Assembly: GCA_041635475.1 (NCBI GenBank)
Contig: JBFKVA010000001.1
Location: forward strand, 1 to 62,793
Origin: Acidimicrobiia bacterium
Lineage (GTDB): Bacteria > Actinomycetota > Acidimicrobiia > Spongiisociales > JAENVV01
Direction of reading: 5' to 3'
DNA: 62,793 bases
How positions within the stretch are numbered: position 1 is the first letter of the stretch; each line of letters begins with the position of its first letter. Shown piece by piece: positions 9,644-18,971 of this stretch. Under the pieces are notes generated by a model that saw only the letters and a program-made list of their open reading frames with translations, searched no databases and had not been told where the DNA came from. The translations under genes were made by a program, and so were the position numbers.

Positions 9644-10861
9644 ATGCCAGACACCCACATCACCCGGGGGGACTACGAGGCTGTCTTCACCCCCAACTAC
9701 GCGCCCGCCCCCGCGCTCCTCGACCACGGGATCGGCTCCCGGGTGTGGGACACAGACGGCAAGGAGTACATCGATCTCGCTGCCGGGATCGCCGTCAACG
9801 CCTTCGGGCATGCGTCCCCTCAGCTGAGGGAGGTCCTCGAGGAGCAGGCCGCGAAGCTGTGGCATGTGTCCAACGCCTACGCCCACGCGCCGGGGATCGA
9901 ACTGGCCGGGGAGCTCACGACTCGGACCTTCGCCGACAAGGTATTCCTGTGCAACTCCGGGGGCGAGGCCAACGAGGCTGCGCTCAAGCTGGCCCGTCGC
10001 TACGCGTTTGACCGGGGTGAGGTTGATCGGTTCGAGGTCATCTCGTTCGACAAGTCCTTCCACGGCCGGACGTTCTTCACTGTGTCGGTCGGAGGCACCG
10101 AGGCCTATCGGACCGGGTTCGGTCCAGCTCCCCTCGGCATCGTCCACCTCCCGTTCAACGACATGGATGCCGTCGGGGATGCCGTCACCGACCGGACGGC
10201 CGCCGTCCTCGTCGAACCCATCCAGGGTGAAGGCGGTCTCATTCCTGCCGATCCGGCCTTCCTGGGACGTCTCCGGGACCTGTGTTCGGCCCGTGGGGCA
10301 CTCCTCATCTTCGACGAGGTCCAGTCGGGCGTTGGCAGGACCGGCCACCTCTATGCGTACCAGGACTACGGGGTCGTGCCGGACATCCTCACGACGGCCA
10401 AGGGCCTTGGTGGGGGCTTTCCCGTGGCAGCGATGCTCACGACCGACGCGATCGCCTCGTCGTTCGTGGTCGGGACGCACGGCTCGACGTTCGGTGGGAA
10501 CCCGCTGGCCGCCGCGGTCGCAACCCGCGTGCTCCAACTCGTCGACGATCCCGCCTTCTTGGCCGACGTTCGGCGCAAGGCATCCGCGCTCCAGGCGCGG
10601 CTGGAGCGCATTGGGCGCACCAGCGGGGCGTGGGGCGTGGTACGGGGCCGCGGGCTGTGGCTCGGGTGCGTCATGGCGGGCGCATGGGAGGGGCGTTCGG
10701 GCGAGGTGGCCGCGGCCGCGTTCGAGCACGGGGTCATGACGCTCAAGGCCGGCCCGAGCGTCCTGCGCCTGGCACCGGCCCTCAACATCCACGACGAGGA
10801 ACTCGACGAGGGCCTGGTCCGGCTGGAGGCGGCGGTCGGATCCCTCGGCTCCGCCACGTAG
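9644..10861 (+). CDS. astC: Succinylornithine/acetylornithine aminotransferase (class III PLP)
   Basis: YIDLAAGIAVNAFGH, NSGGEANEAALKLAR, FHGRT, VEPIQGEGG, FDEVQSG, TAKGLGGG, HGSTFGGNPL; divergent from astAB (astC versus argD judged by context). Confidence 0.85.
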   Translation: MPDTHITRGDYEAVFTPNYAPAPALLDHGIGSRVWDTDGKEYIDLAAGIAVNAFGHASPQLREVLEEQAAKLWHVSNAYAHAPGIELAGELTTRTFADKVFLCNSGGEANEAALKLARRYAFDRGEVDRFEVISFDKSFHGRTFFTVSVGGTEAYRTGFGPAPLGIVHLPFNDMDAVGDAVTDRTAAVLVEPIQGEGGLIPADPAFLGRLRDLCSARGALLIFDEVQSGVGRTGHLYAYQDYGVVPDILTTAKGLGGGFPVAAMLTTDAIASSFVVGTHGSTFGGNPLAAAVATRVLQLVDDPAFLADVRRKASALQARLERIGRTSGAWGVVRGRGLWLGCVMAGAWEGRSGEVAAAAFEHGVMTLKAGPSVLRLAPALNIHDEELDEGLVRLEAAVGSLGSAT

Positions 10862-10900
10862 GGCGGATCACCCGGCGTCCACCAGGCGTACCATCACCCC

Positions 10901-11680
10901 ATGCAGTTCACCACACTCCAGGTCGACGCCGACGGTCCGGTGGGGCGGATCACCCTCAACCGGCCGGCGTCACTCAACTCGATGACCCCGGCCCTCCTGG
11001 AGGAACTCATCGGGGCTGCTCGCTGGTTCGAGCCCCGCCTTGACGTCAGGGTGGTTGTGATCGAAGGAAACGGGCGTGCGTTCTGTTCCGGGTTCGACCT
11101 TCACTCGTTCGAGGAGATGGCCGGCGGAGACGGTGTGCAACGGAGAGAGGTGTCCGGCCTCGGGGGAAGGATGGCAGACGCCGTCGAGGGGATGCGGGCC
11201 GTCACGGTTGCCGCGCTCCACGGATGGGTGGTGGGTGGGGGAGTCGTGCTCGCCTCGGCCTGCGACCTGCGGGTGGCCGCCAGCGACACCCGATTCCGGA
11301 TCCCCGAGGTCGAGATGGGGCTCCCGCTCAACTGGGGTGGCATTCCCCGTCTGGTCCGCGAGATCGGACCCGCTCGAACCCGGGAGCTCGTCATGACCTG
11401 CCGTGAGTTCTCGGCCGTCGAGGCGTCGACGATGGGGTTCGTCAACACGGTCGTCCCCCCTGAGGACCTCGAGTCGGCGGTCGCCGATCTCACCCACCGG
11501 CTCGTCGGCATGCCTGCGCTGCCGCTCCTGTCCACCAAGTCATCGGTCAACGCGGTGGCCCAGGCGCTCGGGGCGCGAATCGGGACGTCGATGGATGCCG
11601 AGATGTTCCTCGGGGCGAGTCAGTCGCCCGAGTTCAGCGAGGCGGTGCGGGCCTACGTGGAGCGGGTCCAGGGGACGTAG
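10901..11680 (+). CDS. Enoyl-CoA hydratase/isomerase family protein
   Basis: ITLNRP, AFCSGFDL, HGWVVGGG, ACDLRVA, IPEVEMG. Confidence 0.92.
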   Translation: MQFTTLQVDADGPVGRITLNRPASLNSMTPALLEELIGAARWFEPRLDVRVVVIEGNGRAFCSGFDLHSFEEMAGGDGVQRREVSGLGGRMADAVEGMRAVTVAALHGWVVGGGVVLASACDLRVAASDTRFRIPEVEMGLPLNWGGIPRLVREIGPARTRELVMTCREFSAVEASTMGFVNTVVPPEDLESAVADLTHRLVGMPALPLLSTKSSVNAVAQALGARIGTSMDAEMFLGASQSPEFSEAVRAYVERVQGT

Positions 11681-11751
11681 TCCGGCGAGTGGCCGGGGTG
11701 TCGCACGTGCTGGCAGCCGAGGAGATCACCTTCCACGACATCCTGGGCTGA

Positions 11752-12687
11752 TCACGCACTGAACTTGCCGTGGCGCATGAAGTCGGCCTCCATGAGCTCG
11801 AGCTCTCGGGCTCCGGAGATGACGATGTCGGGGTCGGGTGTGAAGTCGAGGTCCGGGTTGCGGTTCCCGTAGGGCACCGAGTTGAGGATCGTCTTGAGTG
11901 CGTTCATTCGGGCCTTCTGCTTGCTCTCCGAACGGATGATCGTCCACGGCGCATCGATGGTGGAGGTCCGCTTGAGCATCTGGTGCTTCATGTCGGTGAA
12001 CTCGTCCCATCGGTCCTGGGCCTGCACGTCCACCTCGCTCAGCTTCCACTGCCGAAGCGGATCGTGGCGTCGACGTTCGAACCGGCGAGCTTGCTCCTCC
12101 TTCGTCACCGAGAAGTAGAGCTTGAGGAGGGTGATGCCCTGGCGGACGAGGTCCTTCTCGAAGCCGGTCACCCCCTTGAGGAAGATCATGTACTCCTCGT
12201 CGGTGCAGAACCCGAAGACAGGCTCGACCATCGCCCGGTTGTACCACGACCGGTCGAAGAGGACGATCTCACCGCCCCGAGGGAAGTGGTTCACGTACCG
12301 CTGGTAGTACCAGAGGGACTTCTCCTCCTCTGTCGGCTTCGGCAGGGCAACGACCCGGTAATGCTTCTCGTTCATGTAACGGGTGACACGACGGATCGTC
12401 CCTCCCTTGCCGGCGGCGTCCCGGCCCTCGAAGAGAACGATCATTCGCCCGTTCGTGGCTTCGAGGTGCTTCTGGAGCTTGAGCAGCTCCACCTGGTAGG
12501 GCCGGAGCCGTCGGTCCTTCTCGCGCTTCTTGCGGGCAGCAGCCCCTTCGGTGGCCAGCAGTTCGGCCTCCGAGAGAAGCTCACGCAGCCGCCTGATCTC
12601 GGCGTTGAGGAAGGACACGTCGAGGACGGGGTCGGACCCCGGCTCCGGAGGCGGGCCGTCGAGCTGTGACGCGTGGGGATCAGTCAT
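11752..12687 (-). CDS. ppk2: Polyphosphate kinase 2
   Basis: FEGRDAAGKGG Walker A, FDRSWYNR, DPLRQWKLS; start at ATG 12687 overlapping the recombinase 3' end. Confidence 0.95.
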   Translation of the reverse strand: MTDPHASQLDGPPPEPGSDPVLDVSFLNAEIRRLRELLSEAELLATEGAAARKKREKDRRLRPYQVELLKLQKHLEATNGRMIVLFEGRDAAGKGGTIRRVTRYMNEKHYRVVALPKPTEEEKSLWYYQRYVNHFPRGGEIVLFDRSWYNRAMVEPVFGFCTDEEYMIFLKGVTGFEKDLVRQGITLLKLYFSVTKEEQARRFERRRHDPLRQWKLSEVDVQAQDRWDEFTDMKHQMLKRTSTIDAPWTIIRSESKQKARMNALKTILNSVPYGNRNPDLDFTPDPDIVISGARELELMEADFMRHGKFSA

Positions 12688-13684
12688 CGCCGTCAAGCCT
12701 ACCGGGGTCCCCATCGCGGTCAACGCCGGCGAAGCGTTCGATCGCCGAGCTGGCCGCGGAGGTCTCGACCGCCGAACGAAGGTGGTCGGGTTGTGCGGAG
12801 AGGTATCGCCTGGTCGTGTTGAGAGAGGAATGGCCCAGGAGTGTCTGCAGCTCGACGATGTCGGCGCCATGGCCCAGGAGGTCCATGGCGAACGTGTGGC
12901 GCAAGGCGTGGACGAGGGCGCCGTCCGGCACGGCACTGCGCACTCCCGCCTCCCGGTACAGGCGTTCGACGAGGTACTGCACCTGGCGGGGGGTCACAGG
13001 CTTCCCGGAGCGGCCGACGAACATCGGCGTTCGGTGGTCGTCGAGACGGTGGTCGGGGAACCCTTCGGAGCGCTCCTCCTGGTATCCCCCGATGAGGGCG
13101 GCGACACCGTCGGTGACAGGGATGGTTCGTGCTTTCCTGCCCTTGCCGACCACCGTCACCTGCCAGGCACCGGGTTCCCCGGTGAGCGCTCCCGTCGTGA
13201 GCGACGTGAGTTCTGCCAGCCGCAACCCGGCCTGGGCCAGGAGGGCAACGATGGCCGCGTCCCGGCGGGGCCAGGCCGACCTCGAGGTGGAGCCGGCGGC
13301 CGCGGCCAGGAGTCTCCCGACGAGACCATCCACCTGGATGGAACGCACCGCCTGTGATCCCGCCTTGGCCCGGGGGATCACGTCAAGGGGGTTCTCGACC
13401 ACCGCGCCCTCGGACCTGAGAAAGCCGAAGAAGGCCGTCCACGTCGAATGCGTTCGGCTCATCGTGGCCGGTGACGATCGGTCCGCGCGGGCAGCCAAGC
13501 CGCGCCGGATGCTCCCAACGGTGAGGTCGCCGAGCCTGAGCTCACCACGGTGCGAGCCCATGTCGGCGGCGATGAGGTCGGCGACCAGCCGGAGATCACG
13601 CCGGTAGGCGGCCACCGTGTGGTCGGACTTCTTGGCTGCCCTCAGGGAGTCGAGGAACTGCTCGATGGCCGTGTCGAGGAGCAT
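12680..13684 (-). CDS. Tyrosine recombinase (XerC/XerD-like) with intact catalytic residues
   Basis: SAM-like N-domain (SDHTVAAYRRDL...ENPL); R (AGLRLAEL), K (GKGRK), HxxR (HALRH), H (LLGH), Y (TTRRY); no phage or IS genes nearby. Confidence 0.93.
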   Translation of the reverse strand: MLLDTAIEQFLDSLRAAKKSDHTVAAYRRDLRLVADLIAADMGSHRGELRLGDLTVGSIRRGLAARADRSSPATMSRTHSTWTAFFGFLRSEGAVVENPLDVIPRAKAGSQAVRSIQVDGLVGRLLAAAAGSTSRSAWPRRDAAIVALLAQAGLRLAELTSLTTGALTGEPGAWQVTVVGKGRKARTIPVTDGVAALIGGYQEERSEGFPDHRLDDHRTPMFVGRSGKPVTPRQVQYLVERLYREAGVRSAVPDGALVHALRHTFAMDLLGHGADIVELQTLLGHSSLNTTRRYLSAQPDHLRSAVETSAASSAIERFAGVDRDGDPGRLDGDD

Positions 13685-13696
13685 CCGGGCAGGGTA

Positions 13697-13733
13697 CCCG
13701 TGGCCGGGCACGAATCCCCGGTGCGGCCACGGG
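13697..13733. promoter_or_regulatory. Inverted repeat over the recombinase/baeRF divergent promoter region
   Basis: CCCGTGGCCG-N17-CGGCCACGGG, adjacent to the minus-strand TACCCT -10 (13691-13696) of the recombinase. Confidence 0.4.
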
Positions 13734-13817
13734 GGGCCGCATGGCCGGGGCCGGCCGAGCGACAGGCAACTAGCCTTCGGTGGGTGGCGGAGAGCCCGCC
13801 ACGGAAATGAGGTACCG

Positions 13818-14966
13818 ATGCGTACACGCATGGACATCGTGACCGTCCCTTGGCTCAAGGCGCTCTCCTCCCACCAGCCGGGTCCGTGTGTATCGATCTA
13901 CATGCCAACGCATCGAACCGGGGGGCAGGGGAGGGAGCAGGATCCCCTCCGGCTCAAGAACCTCCTGGGTGAGGCCGATCGGGAACTGGCAGACCTCGGG
14001 CACCGGTCACCCGACATCCGCGCGCTGCTTCAGCCGGGGTTCGATCTCGTGTCCGATGGGGGAGCGTGGGCTGCTCCCGAGGATGGACTGGCAGTGTTTG
14101 CCTCGCCCAGCCACTTCCAGATCCTCCGCCTCCCGGCCGACTTCCAGGAACTCGTGGTCGTGTCGGACAAGTTCCACGTGCGACCGCTCCTCCCGACGCT
14201 GGCGGTTGGCCATTCGTTCTACGTGATCGCGCTCTCCAAGGGGGCGACCCACCTCTACCGCGGCACCCGCTACCGGATCTCGGAGACCGAAGTGCCCGAG
14301 TTGCCGGCCGGCATGGAGGAGGCCCTGTGGTTCCTCGATCGGGAGGGTCAGCTTCAGCATCGATCGGGGGGTGGCCGGGCGATATTCCACGGCCACGGCG
14401 GCGTCAAGGACACCACCGAGGACGAGCTCATCCAGTACCTGCGCATGGTCGACAAGGCGGTCTCGGGGCTCCTGGCCGGCCAGCGTGTGCCGCTCGTGGC
14501 CGCCGGGCTCGACGGCGTCGTGGCCCGGTACCGCCAGATCGCCCGCCATCCCCACTTGCTCGACGAGGCGATCCTGGGCAACCCGGACGACCTCAGTCTG
14601 GCCGACCTCCATGCGGCGGCGTGGTCCGTCGCCGAACCCCGCTACATCGAACTGCGTGAACGTCAGGAGCGGGCGATGGAGGCGAACCTGGGCGGGCCGG
14701 CCACCTCGCTGGACCTGGACGACATCGCTCGAGCGGCGTTCCAGGGGCGGGTCGACGCGCTGTGGATAGCCAAGGGTGTCCGCCGATGGGGTCGCTGGAA
14801 CCCCATCGAGGACGTCCTCGAGATCCACGAAGAGCGGCTACCCGGCGACTACGACGTCGTTGATCGTATCGCCATCACCGCCTGGGAGCGGGGTGCCGCG
14901 CTCTACGTCGATGAGGCCTGGAAGACGCCGGGTTCCGGACCGCTCAGCGCGCTGTACCGCTACTGA
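13818..14966 (+). CDS. Bacterial archaeo-eukaryotic release factor family protein (baeRF3/baeRF7-like)
   Basis: GPCVSIYMPTHR, DPLRLKNLL, DGLAVF, KFHVRPLL, FYVIALS, FHGHGG, GNPD, AFQGRVDAL, terminal ALYRY; GAGGT RBS. Confidence 0.8.
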   Translation: MRTRMDIVTVPWLKALSSHQPGPCVSIYMPTHRTGGQGREQDPLRLKNLLGEADRELADLGHRSPDIRALLQPGFDLVSDGGAWAAPEDGLAVFASPSHFQILRLPADFQELVVVSDKFHVRPLLPTLAVGHSFYVIALSKGATHLYRGTRYRISETEVPELPAGMEEALWFLDREGQLQHRSGGGRAIFHGHGGVKDTTEDELIQYLRMVDKAVSGLLAGQRVPLVAAGLDGVVARYRQIARHPHLLDEAILGNPDDLSLADLHAAAWSVAEPRYIELRERQERAMEANLGGPATSLDLDDIARAAFQGRVDALWIAKGVRRWGRWNPIEDVLEIHEERLPGDYDVVDRIAITAWERGAALYVDEAWKTPGSGPLSALYRY

Positions 14967-15014
14967 ACCCGCCCCCCGGTACGGCATCGAGGAAACGCGC
15001 TCTAGCCTTGCCCG

Positions 15015-16529
15015 ATGACCATTGATGAAGTGTTCGCAGCACTCGGACTGCGTACGGACCATCCCGGGGCTTTCGACGGCGAGTGGCTGGAAACCACCGG
15101 CGGCCGACTGTCGATCCTGAATCCGACGAGCGGGGAGGAGCTGGCGGGGATCCGAGCGGCCACGCTCCCCGAGTATGACCGGGTGGTGGACGCGGCCCAG
15201 ATGGCGTTCATTGAGTGGAGGCAGCTCCCTGCTCCCAAGCGCGGCGAGTACGTCCGGCGAATCGGTGATGCGCTGCGGGACAAGCGCGACGCACTGGGGG
15301 AGTTGGTGACCCTCGAGATGGGGAAGATCAGGGCTGAGGGTGTCGGCGAGGTCCAGGAGATGATCGACATCTGCGACTTCGCCACGGGGCTCTCCCGCCA
15401 GCTGTACGGCCTGACAATGCCGTCTGAACGACCGCAGCACCGCATGTATGAGCACTGGCACCCCCTGGGGCCCGTGGGAGTCATCACCTCCTTCAACTTC
15501 CCGGTCGCGGTGTGGGCGTGGAACGCTGCCATCGCCGCGGTGTGCGGCGACACGATCGTGTGGAAGCCCTCGCAGCGCACCCCGCTCACCGCGATCGCAG
15601 TCACGCGGATCGCCGCCGAGGTCATGGCGGGGTCTGGATATGAGGCGGTCTTCTCGCTGGTGGTGGGCACCGGGTCCGAGGTCGGCTCGGCCATGACCAG
15701 CGATGCCCGGCTTCCACTCATCTCGGCCACCGGCTCCTGCCGGATGGGCCGGATCGTAGGCGTCGAGGTTGCCCAAAGGTTCGGACGAAGCCTCCTCGAA
15801 CTCGGAGGCAACAACGCTGCGATCGTGCTCCCTGATGCCGACCTCGACCTGACGGTGCGAGCGATCGTCTTCGGGGCGGTGGGGACCGCCGGCCAACGCT
15901 GCACGACCCTCCGCCGGGTGCTTGCGCACGCAGACATCGTCGAGGAGCTCATCGAACGCCTGGTCAACGCCTACACGTCGATCCCCATCGGAGATCCGAT
16001 GGACGATGCGACCCTCATGGGTCCCCTGGTGGGGGAGGGGGCGCTCGACGACATGCAGGAGGCACTGGAAGCCGCCATCGATCAGGGTGGCGAAGTGGTC
16101 ACCGGCGGCAGCATCCTCGACCGACCAGGATGGTTCGTCACGCCGGCCATCGTGCGGATCGACCATGACGCCCCGATCACCAAGGTCGAGACCTTCGCAC
16201 CCATCCTCTACGTGAGCGCGGTCGCCAGCCTGGAGGAGGGCATCGACGCCAACAACGCAGTGACGCAGGGCCTCTCGTCCGCGATCTTCTCGGACTCGGT
16301 CCGAGCAACCGAGCAGTTCCTCTCCCACGCTGGCAGCGACACGGGCATTGCCAACGTCAACATCGGGACCTCGGGTGCCGAGATCGGAGGAGCGTTCGGT
16401 GGCGAGAAGGAGACGGGCGGAGGGAGGGAGGCGGGGTCGGACGCGTGGAAGGCCTACATGCGCAGGCAGACCACCACCATCAACTGGGGCGACGACCTTC
16501 CCCTCGCCCAAGGCGTCGAGTTCGGATAG
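15015..16529 (+). CDS. Aldehyde dehydrogenase family 7 (alpha-aminoadipic semialdehyde/piperideine-6-carboxylate dehydrogenase-like)
   Basis: GEVQEMIDICDFATGLSRQLYG, FNFPVAVW, LELGGNNA, GTAGQRCTT, ETFAP, GAEIGGAFGGEKETGGGRE. Confidence 0.93.
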   Translation: MTIDEVFAALGLRTDHPGAFDGEWLETTGGRLSILNPTSGEELAGIRAATLPEYDRVVDAAQMAFIEWRQLPAPKRGEYVRRIGDALRDKRDALGELVTLEMGKIRAEGVGEVQEMIDICDFATGLSRQLYGLTMPSERPQHRMYEHWHPLGPVGVITSFNFPVAVWAWNAAIAAVCGDTIVWKPSQRTPLTAIAVTRIAAEVMAGSGYEAVFSLVVGTGSEVGSAMTSDARLPLISATGSCRMGRIVGVEVAQRFGRSLLELGGNNAAIVLPDADLDLTVRAIVFGAVGTAGQRCTTLRRVLAHADIVEELIERLVNAYTSIPIGDPMDDATLMGPLVGEGALDDMQEALEAAIDQGGEVVTGGSILDRPGWFVTPAIVRIDHDAPITKVETFAPILYVSAVASLEEGIDANNAVTQGLSSAIFSDSVRATEQFLSHAGSDTGIANVNIGTSGAEIGGAFGGEKETGGGREAGSDAWKAYMRRQTTTINWGDDLPLAQGVEFG

Positions 16530-16567
16530 GTCTTCAGGCGCCGGCGCAGTCTGTCGATACCGGGTGC

Positions 16568-17026
16568 ATGTCCCAACCCTCGACCCCGGATCCGTTGTGG
16601 GGTCGTTTGAGCGCCATATACGCCACCACACGACCGCACAACGACCAGCGCCACCGCTGGTGGGCTGCCGTGATGCTGGTTGGCGTGCTGGCGACGGCGT
16701 GCGGTGGGGGAGGGGCCGACGATCCTGCCTCCCTCGTGCCATCCCTCGAGGCCGCCGAGACGCTCGTCCCGCGGGCGCTCGTGTGCCCCGCCCTGGACGC
16801 CACGGAGCAGGAGTACCGACCGCTCCTCCAGGGGTCCTTGGAGGAGCTGGAGGATGAGATCCCGGTGTCCGTCCGGGAGGCCTCGACCCAGGCATGGGTC
16901 TCGGGTGGGGCCAGGATCAAGATCGGGATCTGGAACGACGCCAATGCCCGACCGACGGCCATGATGTTCGTGGCCGACCTGGGGGACGGTCTCTTCGGCC
17001 TCTCCAAGGTGCGGTACTGCTCCTAG
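16568..17026 (+). CDS. Hypothetical lipoprotein
   Basis: Hydrophobic stretch with lipobox LATA-C followed by GGGG; start uncertain. Confidence 0.6.
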   Translation: MSQPSTPDPLWGRLSAIYATTRPHNDQRHRWWAAVMLVGVLATACGGGGADDPASLVPSLEAAETLVPRALVCPALDATEQEYRPLLQGSLEELEDEIPVSVREASTQAWVSGGARIKIGIWNDANARPTAMMFVADLGDGLFGLSKVRYCS

Positions 17027-17209
17027 TCGTTGACGGGCCTTGGCCAGAGCACCCTCGGGGTGTGCCTTCCCGGTGAGGTCGTCGTCATCGTCCACCTGTT
17101 CGATCCCGATGGCACCCTCGACCGGGTCGCAACGGCCGAGGCCATCGTGGAACGCGCAGCCGAGGCCATCGCGAGGTAGGCACACGGGGAGGTGGCGTAG
17201 CATCTGCCC

Positions 17210-17491
17210 ATGGCCACCACCGGCAACAACCAAGCAGCGCTGGGCTGGATCTCCGGCCTCGGGTTGGCGGTCGCTCCCTGGCTCGTGGCCGGCGTCATCA
17301 GCACGTTCCTGCCGGACCCGGAGTCGATGTTTCCGCCGACGTTCGTCGCCGCCTTCGTCGGCATGGTGGCCTGGATCATCTTCGGCTCGATCCGCCTTCC
17401 CGGCTTCCGCCGGGGCGCACTCTCCGGCTCGGCCATCTCTGCCGGGCTCGCCGGCGCCCTCTACATCGCGGTGCTCATCGCCCAGCCCTGA
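17210..17491 (+). CDS. Small three-TM membrane protein
   Basis: Three hydrophobic segments; TAGCAT 6 nt upstream of ATG. Confidence 0.7.
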   Translation: MATTGNNQAALGWISGLGLAVAPWLVAGVISTFLPDPESMFPPTFVAAFVGMVAWIIFGSIRLPGFRRGALSGSAISAGLAGALYIAVLIAQP

Positions 17492-17515
17492 CGATCTCCC
17501 TGCCACGGATCTCGC

Positions 17516-18895
17516 TCAGTCGTCGACGAGCTTGTCGAAGACCCACCGACCGAGCCGAGAGGGGTGCCCGGTGTCCTCACCTGCGTCGAGGATCCGGGCG
17601 AGGCGGTCAGCGCCGTGGACGGCCAGCCAACGGATCGGTTCCGGCTCCCACCTGCGAGGCGCGGGACGTGCCAGGACCGGGGGAGTGGGGTGCCGGCCCG
17701 ACCGGCCGACGACGGCGTCCGCCAGGCAGCGGGCAGCGACGTTGGACAGGAGGACCCCGTCCCCGCTGTAGCCGCCCGCCGCCCCCAGCCCGGTGGCGGT
17801 GTCGAAGTCGACGAATGGCTCCCAGTCACGAGGTATGGCGAGAACGCCGCCCCACTCGTGGGTCACGTCGATGTCGGGGAGGCGGGGAAACATCGCCGAG
17901 AGCGTCGCCCGGAGTCGTCGGCTGATGGACGCGGAGACATCGTGGGTGGGGGAGATACCGGACCGCCAGTGGTAGGAGAGGCCCCGGCCGCCGATGGCGA
18001 TGCGGCCTCCTTCGGTGCGCTGCGCGTAGAAGAAGTGACGGGCGCCATCCGACAGGGTTGCGTCATCATCCCATCCGATCTCGGACCACAGGTCCGCCGC
18101 CAGGGGTGGAGTGGCGATCATGTGCGAGTACACCGGGAGCAGGCTTCGGGTGTGGCCTGCCAACAACGGCGTGTACCCCTCCGTCGTCCGCACCACGACC
18201 GGCGCGCTGAGGCGGCCGCCGGGCGTCGAGACCTCGCCTTGACGTAGACCCGTGGCAACCGTGTCCTCCAGGATGACCACGCCCCGCCGCTCGGCCGCCT
18301 CTGCCAACCCCCAGACGAGCCGGGCAGGGTCGACGGCGGCGCTGTGGGGGCTGAACGCCGAGGCCATCGCCCCGTGAACGCGGGCGTCCGGGGCCTGTTC
18401 GATCCCGATGTGGTCGGGTCCGAACCCGAAGGCCCGGTACTCGTCGACCATGCGCCGCAGCCGGCCGACCTGGGAGGGGTTGGTCGCCACCCAGCGCATA
18501 CCGCCACGACGCCACCCACACTCGATACGCTCCCGTCCCAGCACGGACTCGATCTCATCGAGGGCCGCGACGGCAGCGGTCTGGAGGTCGATCGCCGCCT
18601 GGCGGCCGCGACGCCGCGCAAGTGCTGTCAATCCGATCGGCAGCACCGGGGAGCAGAAACCGCCGTTCCGGCCGGAGGCGCCGCTCCCGACCCGAGCCGC
18701 CTCGACCACCACGACCGCCAGGTCCGGGTCCGCGCCTGCCAGGTAGTACGCCGTCCACAGGCCGGTGAACCCGGCGCCCACGATCACGACATCGGCCGCC
18801 CGGTCGCCATCCAGCGGTGCTCGCGGGGGTGGTCGGAGATCCGCGTCCCACCACAGACATTGGGATGGAACCCCGAAGTTGGCGGCGTTGGTCAC
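17516..18895 (-). CDS. FAD-dependent oxidoreductase (DAO/PuuB-like family)
   Basis: ADVVIVGAGFTGLWTAY, GASGRNGG, WGG, GGYSGDGV; GTG start at 18895 with TAGCGT 7 nt upstream. Confidence 0.9.
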   Translation of the reverse strand: MTNAANFGVPSQCLWWDADLRPPPRAPLDGDRAADVVIVGAGFTGLWTAYYLAGADPDLAVVVVEAARVGSGASGRNGGFCSPVLPIGLTALARRRGRQAAIDLQTAAVAALDEIESVLGRERIECGWRRGGMRWVATNPSQVGRLRRMVDEYRAFGFGPDHIGIEQAPDARVHGAMASAFSPHSAAVDPARLVWGLAEAAERRGVVILEDTVATGLRQGEVSTPGGRLSAPVVVRTTEGYTPLLAGHTRSLLPVYSHMIATPPLAADLWSEIGWDDDATLSDGARHFFYAQRTEGGRIAIGGRGLSYHWRSGISPTHDVSASISRRLRATLSAMFPRLPDIDVTHEWGGVLAIPRDWEPFVDFDTATGLGAAGGYSGDGVLLSNVAARCLADAVVGRSGRHPTPPVLARPAPRRWEPEPIRWLAVHGADRLARILDAGEDTGHPSRLGRWVFDKLVDD

Positions 18896-18971
18896 GGTCC
18901 CAACGCTAGGCACCGACACGGCAGGGGTGAGGCCGCGCCGTGCGCTCGTCTCCCGCGGGCATCTCCCCAAT

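Noticed and set aside
12680-13684. Recombinase as a prophage, ICE or integron integrase
   Set aside because: No phage, conjugation, excisionase or cassette/attC features, no adjacent tRNA, and the neighbours are ordinary metabolic genes.
15015-16529. ALDH called as astD
   Set aside because: Its motifs are those of ALDH family 7 rather than succinylglutamate-semialdehyde dehydrogenase; kept only as a possible functional stand-in.
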